Source: an uncultured Clavibacter sp. (GTDB lineage Bacteria; Actinomycetota; Actinomycetes; Nanopelagicales; Nanopelagicaceae). From it: a stretch of DNA of 32,997 bases. Of this stretch, positions 1 to 9,866 are shown one piece after another. A program made the translations under genes and the position numbers. The notes under the pieces are model-generated. The model worked only from the letters and a program-made list of their open reading frames with translations, did no database searches and had not been told where the DNA came from. The stretch's first letter is position 1. The number at the start of each line of letters is the position of its first letter. The stretch spans positions 15,675 through 48,671 of the forward strand of contig CAZGMF010000004.1 of NCBI GenBank assembly GCA_964526795.1, given 5' to 3'.

Positions 1-98
1 GGATCTCCAGCATCTTTGAGGTTGGTGAAGTTCACTCCTTTGACAACGCGACCTTGATTGACATCAAGACACGGAATGATTCGAGTAGCGAGTGTCAT
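1..98 (-). CDS. hisF: Imidazole glycerol phosphate synthase cyclase subunit HisF; only the first ~32 codons are present because the gene runs off the left edge
   Basis: Not in the ORF track because it is truncated. The reverse complement of 1..98 reads [32 protein letters not shown], the canonical HisF N-terminus (IPCLDV..GRVVKG). Its ATG (96-98) overlaps the priA stop TGA (95-97) as ATGA. Confidence 0.85.
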   Translation of the reverse strand, partial: MTLATRIIPCLDVNQGRVVKGVNFTNLKDAGD

Positions 99-829
99 AA
101 ACGACAGACTTCCAAAGCATCGGCAAGTGAGAAAGCCCCCGCGTACAGTGCTTTGCCCACGATCGCGCCCTCAACTCCGATCTCGGTCAATGCTCGAAGC
201 GCCGCCAGATCATTCAAAGTTGAGACGCCGCCCGATGCAATAACAGGAGCTCGCGTCGCGGCACAAACGTCCTTGAGCAAGGTCATATTCGGGCCTTGCA
301 ACGTTCCATCTTTGGTCACATCTGTCAGGACATAACGTGCGCAACCATCGCGATCTAAACGCTCTATCGTCTCGAAAAGATCTCCGCCCTCTTTAGTCCA
401 TCCCCGCGCCGCAAGAATTCGTCCCCGTACATCCAGACCGACTGCAATCCGTTCGCCATGCGCTCCAATAATCGCTGAGGTCCACTCTGGATTCTCTAAA
501 GCTGCAGTACCAAGATTGATCCGTTCACATCCGGTTGCAAGTGCGCGACTGAGCGATTCATCGTCCCGAATACCACCGGAGAGTTCTACTTTGATGTTGA
601 TTGAAGAGATTACTTCTCGTATTAATTCGTAATTGCTTCCAATCCCAAAGGCGGCATCAAGGTCGACAAGATGGATCCATTCAGCTCCTGATACTTCGAA
701 CTGGCGAGCAACCTCAAGTGGCGAACCGTATTTGCTTTCCTGGGCAAGCTCGCCTTGAACCAATCGCACAGCGCGACCATCACGAACATCGATTGCAGGT
801 AACAATGTGAGCGATCGTGGCGAAGTCAT
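95..829 (-). CDS. priA: Phosphoribosyl isomerase A, the actinobacterial bifunctional HisA/TrpF-type ProFAR isomerase
   Basis: The ORF 95..844 contains [57 protein letters not shown] and [19 protein letters not shown], which closely resembles mycobacterial/streptomycete PriA. I chose the ATG at 827-829 (MTSPRS...) because it forms an ATGA overlap with the hisH stop (826-828). The upstream ATG at 844 remains possible. Confidence 0.9.
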   Translation of the reverse strand: MTSPRSLTLLPAIDVRDGRAVRLVQGELAQESKYGSPLEVARQFEVSGAEWIHLVDLDAAFGIGSNYELIREVISSINIKVELSGGIRDDESLSRALATGCERINLGTAALENPEWTSAIIGAHGERIAVGLDVRGRILAARGWTKEGGDLFETIERLDRDGCARYVLTDVTKDGTLQGPNMTLLKDVCAATRAPVIASGGVSTLNDLAALRALTEIGVEGAIVGKALYAGAFSLADALEVCRL

Positions 830-1425
830 AATTTCTCTGCCCATTGTGAAATGAGTTGGAGCCCTGCTCTGCCACTTTTTTCAGGATGAAATTGGACTGC
901 CGAGACAGCTCCCCGCTCGATCGCTGCAATGAAACGAGATCCATGTTCGGCATAGGTCACTTTCGCATCTGGTTCATCATCTATGGCGGCATAAGAATGA
1001 ACAAAATAGAAACTCTCTTTTGAAAGAGAGCGGAAGAGTTGGGAGTCAGACGGTGCTTCAACGATATTCCAACCAACCTGCGGTAGAACTGGGTGGGCGA
1101 GTTTTTTTATTCGCCCGTTGAAAAAGCCAAGACCTCTGCTCTGATACTGGTCTTCTTCACTACTTTGAAAGAGGATCTGCATGCCGACACAGATTCCTAG
1201 TACCGGTCGATTGTGGCGAATCCGTTCTTCAATAACCTGATCTCCACCAATCGCGCGTAAAGCGTTGATGCACGCAGCAAATGCGCCAACACCTGGAACG
1301 ACCAGTCCATCGGCGCTTAGTGCAATCGCTGGATTAGAGGTGATGACGGTTTCGTGACCCGTACTTTCACATGCTCGTTGAGCCGACCGGATATTGCCGG
1401 AGCCATAGTCCAAGACAGCGATCAC
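826..1425 (-). CDS. hisH: Imidazole glycerol phosphate synthase glutamine amidotransferase subunit HisH
   Basis: 199 aa. Class-I GATase motifs are present: [15 protein letters not shown] (catalytic Cys) and QFHPEKS. The start is GTG, with GGGGAG just upstream. The gene sits in his-operon context. Confidence 0.93.
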   Translation of the reverse strand: MIAVLDYGSGNIRSAQRACESTGHETVITSNPAIALSADGLVVPGVGAFAACINALRAIGGDQVIEERIRHNRPVLGICVGMQILFQSSEEDQYQSRGLGFFNGRIKKLAHPVLPQVGWNIVEAPSDSQLFRSLSKESFYFVHSYAAIDDEPDAKVTYAEHGSRFIAAIERGAVSAVQFHPEKSGRAGLQLISQWAEKL

Positions 1426-1494
1426 GAACTCCCCTAAGGATGGATTTTTAAAGATAGGTGCGAATTCTATTTCCCCGCCAGCGACAGGAGTTGC

Positions 1495-1680
1495 CTATTT
1501 TGCTGAGTTCACTGCCAATTCAGCGGCACGCTTAGCCATATTCACTCTTGAAAGCGTGATGGCCCGTCCAACATGTGTCGAGATTGCATCGCTAATCAGT
1601 TGGCCGCCATCGCTAATCCCTCCGCCAAGCACAACAGGAAGATTTTTTGTTTCAAGGAGTGTCTCAATATCTCTCACCAA
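1495..1680 (-). CDS. Small hypothetical protein (~60 aa) between hisB and hisH
   Basis: This is the only open frame in the 306-nt hisB-hisH spacer. A GGAG lies 5 nt upstream of an in-frame GTG (1675-1677); the ORF-track start is the TTG at 1678-1680. The peptide contains LPVVLGGGISDGG, which resembles the glycine-rich phosphate-binding turn of (beta/alpha)8 barrels. Small unassigned ORFs at this position are reported for Streptomyces and Corynebacterium his operons. Coding status is unproven. Confidence 0.35.
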   Translation of the reverse strand: MVRDIETLLETKNLPVVLGGGISDGGQLISDAISTHVGRAITLSRVNMAKRAAELAVNSAK

Positions 1681-1731
1681 ATCTCCGAGAAGAAAATTAT
1701 CTCGGCATACGGGGCGATTCCGTTACTTGGT

Positions 1732-2325
1732 TTAAAGCACGCCCTTCGTTGAAGGCACTCCAGTCACTCGATCATCGATAGAAACGGCTTCTCTGAACGC
1801 TCGCGCCACCGCTTTGAATTGGGCTTCAAGAACGTGATGGGCATTGCGTCCTTCTAGAACTCGAATATGAAGTCCAATCCGGGCTTCAGCCACAATTGAC
1901 TCCCAAATATGTCTGCCGAGTGTTGTATCGAATGTCCCAATCAATTCGACGATTTCTGGTTGGCGATGCACGAGGTATGGCCGCCCGGAGAGATCGACCG
2001 CGGCTTGAACCAGCACTTCATCAAGGGGAACAAGCGAATCTCCAAAACGTCGGATTCCACTCTTATCCCCCAGCGCTTCACGGAGCGCCTGGCCGAATGC
2101 GAGCGACGTATCTTCGACAGTGTGATGTGCATCGACGTTGATATCACCGGAGGATTTGACGGCGAGATCAAAACCTGAATGTTTTCCGAGCTGAGAAAGC
2201 ATGTGATCGAAGAATGGAACGCCGGTATCGACCGAAACCTTTCCTGTTCCATCGAGAATCAGATCGACATCAACAGAGGACTCTTTGGTGGAGCGCTTGA
2301 TAGTTGCGCGTCGAGAATTGGTCAT
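1732..2325 (-). CDS. hisB: Imidazoleglycerol-phosphate dehydratase HisB
   Basis: IGPD motifs are present: [20 protein letters not shown] and [12 protein letters not shown]. The ORF track extends to 2424, which would overlap hisC by 65 nt. The ATG at 2323-2325 ([11 protein letters not shown]) has GAGGGA 10 nt upstream and gives a typical ~197-aa protein. Confidence 0.9.
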   Translation of the reverse strand: MTNSRRATIKRSTKESSVDVDLILDGTGKVSVDTGVPFFDHMLSQLGKHSGFDLAVKSSGDINVDAHHTVEDTSLAFGQALREALGDKSGIRRFGDSLVPLDEVLVQAAVDLSGRPYLVHRQPEIVELIGTFDTTLGRHIWESIVAEARIGLHIRVLEGRNAHHVLEAQFKAVARAFREAVSIDDRVTGVPSTKGVL

Positions 2326-2359
2326 AGATGGATTATCCCTCATCTCATTCGATGATGCT

Positions 2360-3466
2360 TCAGAGTTTCTCAAGTTGAGATTGGAGCGCACGGAGGAAAG
2401 CCTCATTCTCTGCGGGCGTTCCAATCGTCACTCTGAGGTGATCTGCAATTCCCACATCTCGGATCAGAATGCCTTGATCGACAAGTGCGGACCAGAGTTG
2501 AGCCGGAGAATGGCGGAATCCAGAGAAGAGTAAGAAGTTGGAATCAGATGGTTCGACGCGTAGCCCGAGAGATGTCATCTTCTCTGCCAAGGCGTCTCGT
2601 GCAGAAATGATGCGCGCAACATTGGCAAGAAGTTCGCCGGAGAGTTCGAGCGCAGCAATCGCTGCTGCCTGTGTGAGTGAGCTCAAGTGATATGGCAATC
2701 GCACTAACAACATGGCGTTGACGACTTCCGGGCGAGCAATCAAATACCCGACCCGAGCGCCAGCAAATGCGAAGGCTTTGCTCATCGTCCGAATGACGAG
2801 AATATTCGGGTGGTCTTTGATGAGCGTTGTGGCAGAGGGAATCGAGGAGAACTCGGCATAGGCCTCATCAACAATAACCAGCGCCCCCTTCTGTGCCGCA
2901 GCCTGTGCGATTCGGGCGATCTCTTTCAAAGAGATTGAGGTACCGGTTGGATTATTCGGAGTGGTGAGAAAGATCAAAGTCGGAGATGAATCTTCGATTG
3001 CGTTCAGAGCCGCATCTACATCGATGGTGAAGTCAGAATTTCGTTTGATGCTTATCCACTCTCGCCCCACTACTCGGCAGATCAATGGGTGAATCGAATA
3101 CGAAGGTTCAAAACCGATTGCTCTTCCCTCGAAAGCTAATGCAATGGATTGGAGAATCTCATTGCTGCCATTGGCGGCCCAGATGTTGCTGCAATCAAAA
3201 TCCGTATTCGAGCGATCGTTGATGAACCTTGCCAACGCGCTGCGAAGTGCTTGGGCATCTCGATCGGGATAGCGGTTGAGATTCTCAAGGTGTTTCGATA
3301 TTCCACTCGCGAGATGTTTCTGCATCGCCTCATCGAGAGAATATGGATTCTCATTGGTGTTAAGACGGACCGGTGTTTCGATTTGGGGAGCGCCATAGGG
3401 CGACAAAGATGCTAAGTCACGGCGAATCGGCAACCACTGCGGCCAAGAATTTTTACTGTTTGTCAT
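2360..3466 (-). CDS. hisC: Histidinol-phosphate aminotransferase HisC
   Basis: 368 aa class-II aminotransferase with LNTNENP, NPNNPTG-like [15 protein letters not shown] and [10 protein letters not shown] (PLP lysine). Its ATG overlaps the hisD stop as ATGA (3463-3466). Confidence 0.93.
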   Translation of the reverse strand: MTNSKNSWPQWLPIRRDLASLSPYGAPQIETPVRLNTNENPYSLDEAMQKHLASGISKHLENLNRYPDRDAQALRSALARFINDRSNTDFDCSNIWAANGSNEILQSIALAFEGRAIGFEPSYSIHPLICRVVGREWISIKRNSDFTIDVDAALNAIEDSSPTLIFLTTPNNPTGTSISLKEIARIAQAAAQKGALVIVDEAYAEFSSIPSATTLIKDHPNILVIRTMSKAFAFAGARVGYLIARPEVVNAMLLVRLPYHLSSLTQAAAIAALELSGELLANVARIISARDALAEKMTSLGLRVEPSDSNFLLFSGFRHSPAQLWSALVDQGILIRDVGIADHLRVTIGTPAENEAFLRALQSQLEKL

Positions 3467-4800
3467 GGCTGTTCAAACCTTGCGCTCATTGCCTCACCGT
3501 GCGCTGGTAGATCTTCGGCATTGGCAAGAGTGATGACAGAAGGTGCTATCTCTCGGAAAGCCTTCTCGTCATAAGTGATGAAGTGCAATCCACGCAAGAA
3601 ACTCTGCACCGATAAACCACTGGAATGACAGGCACAACCGCCTGTCGGTAGAACATGGTTTGAGCCTGCTGAATAGTCACCGAGCGATACCGGCGAAAAA
3701 CGACCCAGAAAAACAGCTCCGGCATTGCGAATTTTCTGCGCGGCAGTAGCTGGTTCGCGAACAAGAAGTTCGAGATGTTCGGCGGCATAAGCATTTGCCA
3801 CATTAATTCCGTGGTCGACCGAATCAACAAGGGCGATGGCGGATTGTTCGCCACTGAGCGCTGTCCTGATTCGCTCGGAATGTTTGGTTCGAGCCACTCG
3901 TCGAAGTAGTTCCCGATTGACAGATTCGGCAAGTTCACCAGAAGGGGTAATTAGTAACGCAGCAGCAATAGTGTCATGTTCGGCCTGGCTGATCAGATCT
4001 GCTGCCACTTCATTCGCTCGCGCGCTTTCATCTGCCACGATGGCGATTTCGGTAGGTCCTGCTTCAGAATCAATTCCAACGATTCCTCGAAGTGCTCTCT
4101 TTGCCGCTGCGACATAAATATTTCCGGGGCCAGTAACCATGTCGACCTTGGCCAAGATCTCCTTGCCTTCGACATCTTTAATGCCGTAAGCAAAGGCAGC
4201 GATTGCTTGTGCTCCTCCAATGGCGTAGACCTCGCTAATACCAAGCAGAGCGCATGTCGCAAGAATTGTCGGATGGGGCCAACCACCATGTTCTTTCTGC
4301 GGTGGGGAGGCAAGAGCGATGCTGGCTACACCTGCGACCTGTGCTGGAACGACATTCATGATCACCGAACTTGGATATACAGCCCGCCCACCGGGAACAT
4401 AAAGTCCGACGCGATCGACGGGAATCCAGCGCTCACGCACTTCTCCACCATCGACAACGCGAGTGACGCTTTCTTCTCTGACTTGATCACGATGGACGAT
4501 TCGTACTCGCCTGATGGACTCGCGAAGTGCGACGATGATCGAGGGATTCACGGTGGCAAGTGATTGTTCAATCACTTCGTTGGGAACGCGCAGCGATGCT
4601 GGTCTGACGCCATCGAATTCTTCGCAGAGCGCCATAACGGCCGCTTCTCCTCCACTTCGCACCTTGTCGATTATCGGCGCGATGGCATTCATCGCAGCAG
4701 CGACATCAAATGCTGCGCGCGGAAGAAGTGATTGGTATTCGGATTTGGATAGGAGACGGCCACGAAGATCAAGGATTCGCATCATCGGAGCGTCTGACAC
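3463..4800 (-). CDS. hisD: Histidinol dehydrogenase HisD
   Basis: 445 aa with [26 protein letters not shown] and the other HisD signatures. The start is ambiguous between GTG at 4800 and ATG at 4785 or 4782 (MMRILDLRG). I kept GTG 4800 because a TAGAAT -10 box ends 6 nt upstream, which fits a leaderless start. Confidence 0.92.
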   Translation of the reverse strand: MSDAPMMRILDLRGRLLSKSEYQSLLPRAAFDVAAAMNAIAPIIDKVRSGGEAAVMALCEEFDGVRPASLRVPNEVIEQSLATVNPSIIVALRESIRRVRIVHRDQVREESVTRVVDGGEVRERWIPVDRVGLYVPGGRAVYPSSVIMNVVPAQVAGVASIALASPPQKEHGGWPHPTILATCALLGISEVYAIGGAQAIAAFAYGIKDVEGKEILAKVDMVTGPGNIYVAAAKRALRGIVGIDSEAGPTEIAIVADESARANEVAADLISQAEHDTIAAALLITPSGELAESVNRELLRRVARTKHSERIRTALSGEQSAIALVDSVDHGINVANAYAAEHLELLVREPATAAQKIRNAGAVFLGRFSPVSLGDYSAGSNHVLPTGGCACHSSGLSVQSFLRGLHFITYDEKAFREIAPSVITLANAEDLPAHGEAMSARFEQP

Positions 4801-4806
4801 CGGTCA

Positions 4807-4812
4807 ATTCTA
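4807..4812 (-). promoter_or_regulatory. Candidate -10 hexamer (TAGAAT) for a leaderless hisD transcript
   Basis: The minus strand reads TAGAAT-TGACCG-GTG. The hexamer fits the actinobacterial TANNNT consensus, and its spacing would place the transcription start at or next to the GTG at 4800. No SD precedes any hisD start candidate, and no convincing -35 is present. Confidence 0.3.
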
Positions 4813-4844
4813 GATTCTGAAGGCAGAAACTCGCGCCTTAATTA

Positions 4845-7800
4845 CTAGACCAAGCAATCTGGACCAAGGACCGACTTGAGATCTGCGCTCAAACTCGGCG
4901 ATGAGGTGATCTTCAAACCATCATCGAGACGAAATGTTGTTGGAGCGCTACCACCCTCAATCCGAAGATGAACTTCTCGCGTTCCCGGATGAGAACGAAG
5001 GATCTCCTTCATCCGATCGACGATTGGTGGGGTGCATCGATCTGCAGGCAGTCTGATGACAAATGGTCCGATTGGGGCTTGATTGATATTGGGTATTGAG
5101 AGATCAAGCGCGGCAACTTTCGGAATGTCTTGTTGTTTATCGACTCTTCCTCGGATGATGACGATTCGATCTTCAATGAGATTGAGCGAGTGTTGCTGAT
5201 AAGAGTTGGAATAGAAGTGAACATCGACAGCACCTTCAAGATCCTCAACAGTGACGATGGCCCATGTCAGTCCTTGGCGATTGACTTTTCGTTGAATCGA
5301 AGAGATAAGTCCAGCAATGGTGACGACTTGTTCGTTTCCAATCTGGTCTTCAAAGAGCTGACTAATCGAGACATCTCGCGAACCTCGCAAGACATGCTCC
5401 ACGCCGAGAAGCGGATGATCCGAGACATACAACCCCAACATCTCGCGCTCGTTTGCAAGAAGCATCGACTTTTCCCACTCATCCAAGGGAATATCGAGTA
5501 CTACGCCTGTGACAGCGGTTGCAGCGGATGCACCACCAAAGAGATCGAATTGCCCGATTGATTCAGCGCGCTTACTTTCCGCGATGGCGTCAAGGGCTTC
5601 GAGGTAGACGGCCATCAAACCTTTTCGTGAATGTCCAAGAGAGTCGAATGCTCCACCTTTGATGAGAGATTCAACAGTCTTCTTGTTGCAGACGAAGGCA
5701 TCGACTTTGGCGAGAAAATCTCCGAATGAGGTGAACCTCCCTTTCTCGATTCGTGCTTTGACCACCGATGCAACGACGTTCTCACCGACATTTCGAATCG
5801 CAGCAAGTCCGAATCTGATGTCGACGCCGCGCGGGGTGTACTCGGCATCGGATTCATTGACATCGGGTGGCAATACTTTTATTCCCATTCTGCGACATTC
5901 ATTGAGATAGAGCGCAGATTTATCTTTGTCATCACGCACGCTGGTCAGAAGGGCTGCCATGTATTCGGTAGGGAAATTAGCTTTCAAATAAGCGGTCCAG
6001 AATGAAACAACTCCATATCCAGCGCTATGAGCTCGATTGAAGGCGTAATCCGAGAAAGGAATCAAGGTTTTCCATAGTTCACTTATTGCACCGACGGAAT
6101 ATCCATTGGCTTTCATTCCTGCTTCAAATGGGATGTACTCCTTATCGAGGATCTCTTTGATTTTCTTTCCCATCGCCTTTCGCAAAATATCCGCTCGAGC
6201 GAGAGAGAAACCTGCGACTTTCTGGGCGATCGCCATAACTTGTTCTTGATAGACGATCAATCCATAGGTGTCTTGCAGAATTTCACTCAGTGGTGCGGAA
6301 AGTTCCGGATGGATCGGTTCGATCTTCTTTCGTTTGTTCTTGCGATCGGCATAATCATTGTGTGCATTCACGCCCATCGGCCCAGGACGATAAAGCGCAA
6401 TAACAGCAGAGATATCTTCGAATGAATCGGGGGCCATCGAACGGAGAAGTGCTCGAATCGGCGCACTATCGAGCTGGAAGACTCCCAACGTCTCTCCTCT
6501 GGAGAGCAATTCGAAGGTCTTCTTATCCTCCAGCGGAAGTTCTTCAAGAACGACGGTCTTTCCTTGATTCTTCTTGATGTTTTCCAAGCAATCATCAAGA
6601 ACGGAGAGATTTCGAAGACCAAGAAAATCCATCTTGAGTAAACCTGTGGCTTCGCAGGCTCCCATATCGAATTGAGTGATCGTTGCACCGTCAGCATCAC
6701 GGCGAAGAACAGGGATGACATCCATAAGGGGTTCGCGGCTGAGAATGACACCGGCAGCATGAACTCCCCATTGACGCTTCAAACCTTCTAAGCCGCGCGC
6801 GACATCGACCACGCTCTTGGCATCCACTTCACTTTCATAGAGGGCGCGAAATTCTGCAGCTTCTTGATACCGCTCACTGTCGCGATCGAAGATTCCCGAT
6901 AGCGAGATGTCTTTGCCCATGATGGAAGGAGGAAGCGCCTTTGTTAATCGCTCACCTAAGGCATAGGGAAGCGCCAGAACTCTCGCAGCATCTTTTAGCG
7001 CTTGTTTGGTCTTGATCGTGCCGAATGTGATGATCTGGGCGACTCGATCATCGCCGTATTTCGCCGTCGCGTACTTGATCATCTCGCTCCGCCGTCTTTC
7101 ATCGAAATCAAGATCGATATCAGGCATAGAGATGCGATCGGGGTTGAGGAAGCGCTCAAAAAGTAGTCGATGTTTGATCGGATCGAGCGCAGTTATTCCC
7201 AATGAATATGAGACCAACGATCCCGCAGCAGAACCACGACCTGGCCCGACTCTGATACCGACTTCTTTTGCGTGCGCTACCAAGTCAGCGACGACAAGGA
7301 AGTAACCGGCAAAACCCATCTTGGTCATCACGCCAAGTTCGAAATCCAGTCGCTCTTGATAACCATCGGGAGCGCCATTCGGAAAACGCGACTTCAAGCC
7401 GCGATTGGCCTCCTTTACTAGCCAGCTATCTTCGCTCTCGCCTGCCGGAACTGGGAATTTGGGAAGAAGATTCTCGTTCTCGCGAAGAGTGACATTGCAT
7501 CGCTCGGCGATCAAAAGCGTGTTATCGCAGGCTATCTCCAGATCTTTAAAGAGGGCGCGCATCTGCGTTGAATCCTTGAGGAAGTACTGCTCGCTATCGA
7601 ACTTGAAACGTTTGGGATCTTGGAGAGTGCTGTTGGATTGGACGCAGAGCAATGCTGCATGATGCTTAGCATCATCCGGATAGGTGTAATGAAGATCGTT
7701 GGTTGCCAGAAGTGGAAGTCCCAAATCCTTTGCAAGTTTCAATAGATCATCTTTGACACGCTTCTCTATCTCGATTCCATGTTCCATAACTTCAACGAAA

Positions 7801-8372
7801 TAATTATCAGCACCGAAGATGTCTCGATAGATCGCCGCTGCCGCACGAGCTTCGGCATAGGCGCCCATACGCAAACGTGTCTGAATCTCACCGCCAGCGC
7901 AGCCTGTTGTTCCTATCAGCCCAGAGGAGTATTGGGCGAGGATCTCTCTATCAATACGTGGCTTGTAATAGAAACCTTCCAGGTAGGCCAATGACGAGAG
8001 TCGAAAGAGATTGGCAAGACCAGTGTTGTTCGCAGCAAGCATTGTCATATGTGTATATGCACCGCCGGCAGACACATCATCTTCTCCGCCATCAGCCCAT
8101 TTGACGCGCTTTTTTTCAAATCTCGATTCAGGAGCGACGTAGGCCTCGATGCCGATGATCGGTTTGACTCCTGCACTCTTCATCGTCTTATAGAAGTCGA
8201 ATGCACCGAAAACATTTCCATGATCTGTCATCGCAATAGCGCCATCACCGAGTCGAGCGACTTCTTTGGCTAAGGTCTCGATTTTCGCTGCGCCATCGAG
8301 CATTGAATACTCAGTATGGACATGGAGATGTACGAAGCCCTTGCTCACGGACGGGGAGATTACTCCCCTCAT
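4845..8372 (-). CDS. dnaE: DNA polymerase III alpha subunit (DnaE1 type)
   Basis: 1175 aa. It has the N-terminal PHP domain (FVHLHVHTEYSMLDGA, MTDHGN), the polymerase core (PDIDLDF, FERFLNP, LKMDFLGL) and a C-terminal OB region. The ATG has GGAAGG 7 nt upstream. Confidence 0.96.
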   Translation of the reverse strand: MRGVISPSVSKGFVHLHVHTEYSMLDGAAKIETLAKEVARLGDGAIAMTDHGNVFGAFDFYKTMKSAGVKPIIGIEAYVAPESRFEKKRVKWADGGEDDVSAGGAYTHMTMLAANNTGLANLFRLSSLAYLEGFYYKPRIDREILAQYSSGLIGTTGCAGGEIQTRLRMGAYAEARAAAAIYRDIFGADNYFVEVMEHGIEIEKRVKDDLLKLAKDLGLPLLATNDLHYTYPDDAKHHAALLCVQSNSTLQDPKRFKFDSEQYFLKDSTQMRALFKDLEIACDNTLLIAERCNVTLRENENLLPKFPVPAGESEDSWLVKEANRGLKSRFPNGAPDGYQERLDFELGVMTKMGFAGYFLVVADLVAHAKEVGIRVGPGRGSAAGSLVSYSLGITALDPIKHRLLFERFLNPDRISMPDIDLDFDERRRSEMIKYATAKYGDDRVAQIITFGTIKTKQALKDAARVLALPYALGERLTKALPPSIMGKDISLSGIFDRDSERYQEAAEFRALYESEVDAKSVVDVARGLEGLKRQWGVHAAGVILSREPLMDVIPVLRRDADGATITQFDMGACEATGLLKMDFLGLRNLSVLDDCLENIKKNQGKTVVLEELPLEDKKTFELLSRGETLGVFQLDSAPIRALLRSMAPDSFEDISAVIALYRPGPMGVNAHNDYADRKNKRKKIEPIHPELSAPLSEILQDTYGLIVYQEQVMAIAQKVAGFSLARADILRKAMGKKIKEILDKEYIPFEAGMKANGYSVGAISELWKTLIPFSDYAFNRAHSAGYGVVSFWTAYLKANFPTEYMAALLTSVRDDKDKSALYLNECRRMGIKVLPPDVNESDAEYTPRGVDIRFGLAAIRNVGENVVASVVKARIEKGRFTSFGDFLAKVDAFVCNKKTVESLIKGGAFDSLGHSRKGLMAVYLEALDAIAESKRAESIGQFDLFGGASAATAVTGVVLDIPLDEWEKSMLLANEREMLGLYVSDHPLLGVEHVLRGSRDVSISQLFEDQIGNEQVVTIAGLISSIQRKVNRQGLTWAIVTVEDLEGAVDVHFYSNSYQQHSLNLIEDRIVIIRGRVDKQQDIPKVAALDLSIPNINQAPIGPFVIRLPADRCTPPIVDRMKEILRSHPGTREVHLRIEGGSAPTTFRLDDGLKITSSPSLSADLKSVLGPDCLV

Positions 8373-8397
8373 TACGCGCCTTCCGTTCGGCTCGTCT

Positions 8398-9333
8398 CTA
8401 GAGCGCGGCCAGCGATTCCAGTGAGTTCTTCAAATCCTCTGGGTATGGAGCGCTAAAAGTAAGTCGTGTGCCCGAGCTTGGTTGGGTGAATGTGAGTTCT
8501 ATCGCGTGAAGCCATGGCCGGCGAAGTCCCAGCCGATCTGCTAAGACTGGATCACCTCCATAAGCAAGATCGCCCACAAGTGGATGACGAAGTGCGGTGA
8601 AATGCACTCGAATTTGATGTGTGCGACCAGTCTCAAGTTCAACTCGAACAAGTGATGCGCCGGCGAAATACTCAATCAACGAATAGTGCGTGATGCTCGG
8701 CTTGCCATCACCAACGACCGCAAAACGATAATCCTCTTTCGGATGTCGACCGATCGGAGCATCAATGGTTCCTTCTGGCGGATCCATATGGCCCTGCAAG
8801 AGCGCGTGATAAACCTTGGCGACAGTGCGTGAGCGGAATTGATCCTTCAATTTGTTGTAAGAGTTCTCATTCTTTGCAATCACCATCAAGCCCGAAGTCC
8901 CCACATCCAGTCGCTGAACGATTCCTTGTCGCTCTTGCGCACCAGATGTTGAAATGCGAATTCCTTTGGCCATCAGCCCACCCAGAACTGTCGCTCCGGT
9001 CCATCCTGGACTGGGGTGAACTGCTACTCCTACTGGTTTGTTGATGACAACGACGTCCTGATCATCATGCACGATCTCCAGATCAGCGATCGGAGTCTCG
9101 TGCAGTTCGAGCGGATCAAATGGTGCCGGAAGTGTGATGATGATCCGATCTCCTGCTTTAACGCGATCAGATTTGGAAAGTGGCTTCTTTCCCTGGATGA
9201 CATCGCCGGCATTGAGCAGATCTGCAACTTGGCTGCGAGATAGCTCCAAGATCGCTGCCAAGGCGGCATCCACTCGCATGCCATCAGATTTCTCATCGAT
9301 GATGACGCTTTTCTTCTCACGTTCGGTGCTCAT
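8398..9333 (-). CDS. rluD: RluA-family 23S rRNA pseudouridine synthase with an N-terminal S4 domain (RluD type)
   Basis: 311 aa with the S4-like RVDAALAAIL..SRSQVADLL and the catalytic motif HRLD-like QRLDVGTSGLMV, plus GRTHQIRVH. Its ATG overlaps the lspA stop as ATGA (9330-9333). Confidence 0.88.
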   Translation of the reverse strand: MSTEREKKSVIIDEKSDGMRVDAALAAILELSRSQVADLLNAGDVIQGKKPLSKSDRVKAGDRIIITLPAPFDPLELHETPIADLEIVHDDQDVVVINKPVGVAVHPSPGWTGATVLGGLMAKGIRISTSGAQERQGIVQRLDVGTSGLMVIAKNENSYNKLKDQFRSRTVAKVYHALLQGHMDPPEGTIDAPIGRHPKEDYRFAVVGDGKPSITHYSLIEYFAGASLVRVELETGRTHQIRVHFTALRHPLVGDLAYGGDPVLADRLGLRRPWLHAIELTFTQPSSGTRLTFSAPYPEDLKNSLESLAAL

Positions 9334-9866
9334 GCCGCACGATTCTTTCCCGCCGTCGGTGCGATATTCCGCGCAGCCAAGAACGCGATGAGGCAGGCGG
9401 AGACCACGATGCAGGAATCTGCGATGTTAAAGACGGGCCAATGCGGGAGTTGGATCCAATCCACAACTTCACCGGCCCATTTGCCTGGCGATCTTGTGCC
9501 TCGATCCCAGAGATTTCCAGCAACGCCACCAAAAAGTAATCCCAGGGCTAGCGCCCAAGCGCGGCTTATTACCTTCGACATATAGAAAATCAGGAAGGTT
9601 GCAACGCAGGCTTTGAGCGCAGTCAGAATGTATGTCGCACCAGAAGCGAGGTTAAATGCCGCTCCTTTATTTGTTGTGTACGTGAATTGCAGGAAATCTC
9701 CGATTACTTTGATTGGTTCTCGAAATTGAAGCGAGGCGACGGCCCAATTCTTGGTAGCCAAATCTGCGCCAAATGCCAATGTTGCGACAATGACAAAGAG
9801 CTGTCGCGCTCGCACGGCACGAGATGAGGTCAGCGGCGCTCTTCCTTCTGCTTGCAGACCATACAT
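9330..9866 (-). CDS. lspA: Lipoprotein signal peptidase (signal peptidase II)
   Basis: Multi-pass membrane protein with the LspA motifs NKGAAFN and FNIADS. The start is uncertain. ATG 9866 overlaps the upstream gene by 37 nt. GTG 9815 lies 14 nt after that gene's stop and is an alternative. The ORF-track start at 9929 is probably too long. Confidence 0.85.
   Translation of the reverse strand: MYGLQAEGRAPLTSSRAVRARQLFVIVATLAFGADLATKNWAVASLQFREPIKVIGDFLQFTYTTNKGAAFNLASGATYILTALKACVATFLIFYMSKVISRAWALALGLLFGGVAGNLWDRGTRSPGKWAGEVVDWIQLPHWPVFNIADSCIVVSACLIAFLAARNIAPTAGKNRAA

Noticed and set aside
1941-2252. 103-aa alternate-frame minus-strand ORF and the plus-strand ORFs 1896..2141 and 1909..2178 inside hisB
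   Set aside because: They overlap the well-supported IGPD frame and have no motifs or SDs. They are shadow ORFs.
3976-4563. 195-aa plus-strand ORF, with neighbours 3836..4117 and 4514..4813, inside hisD
   Set aside because: These are antisense shadow ORFs of hisD. They have Cys/Ser/Arg-rich low-information sequence, no SD and no family resemblance.
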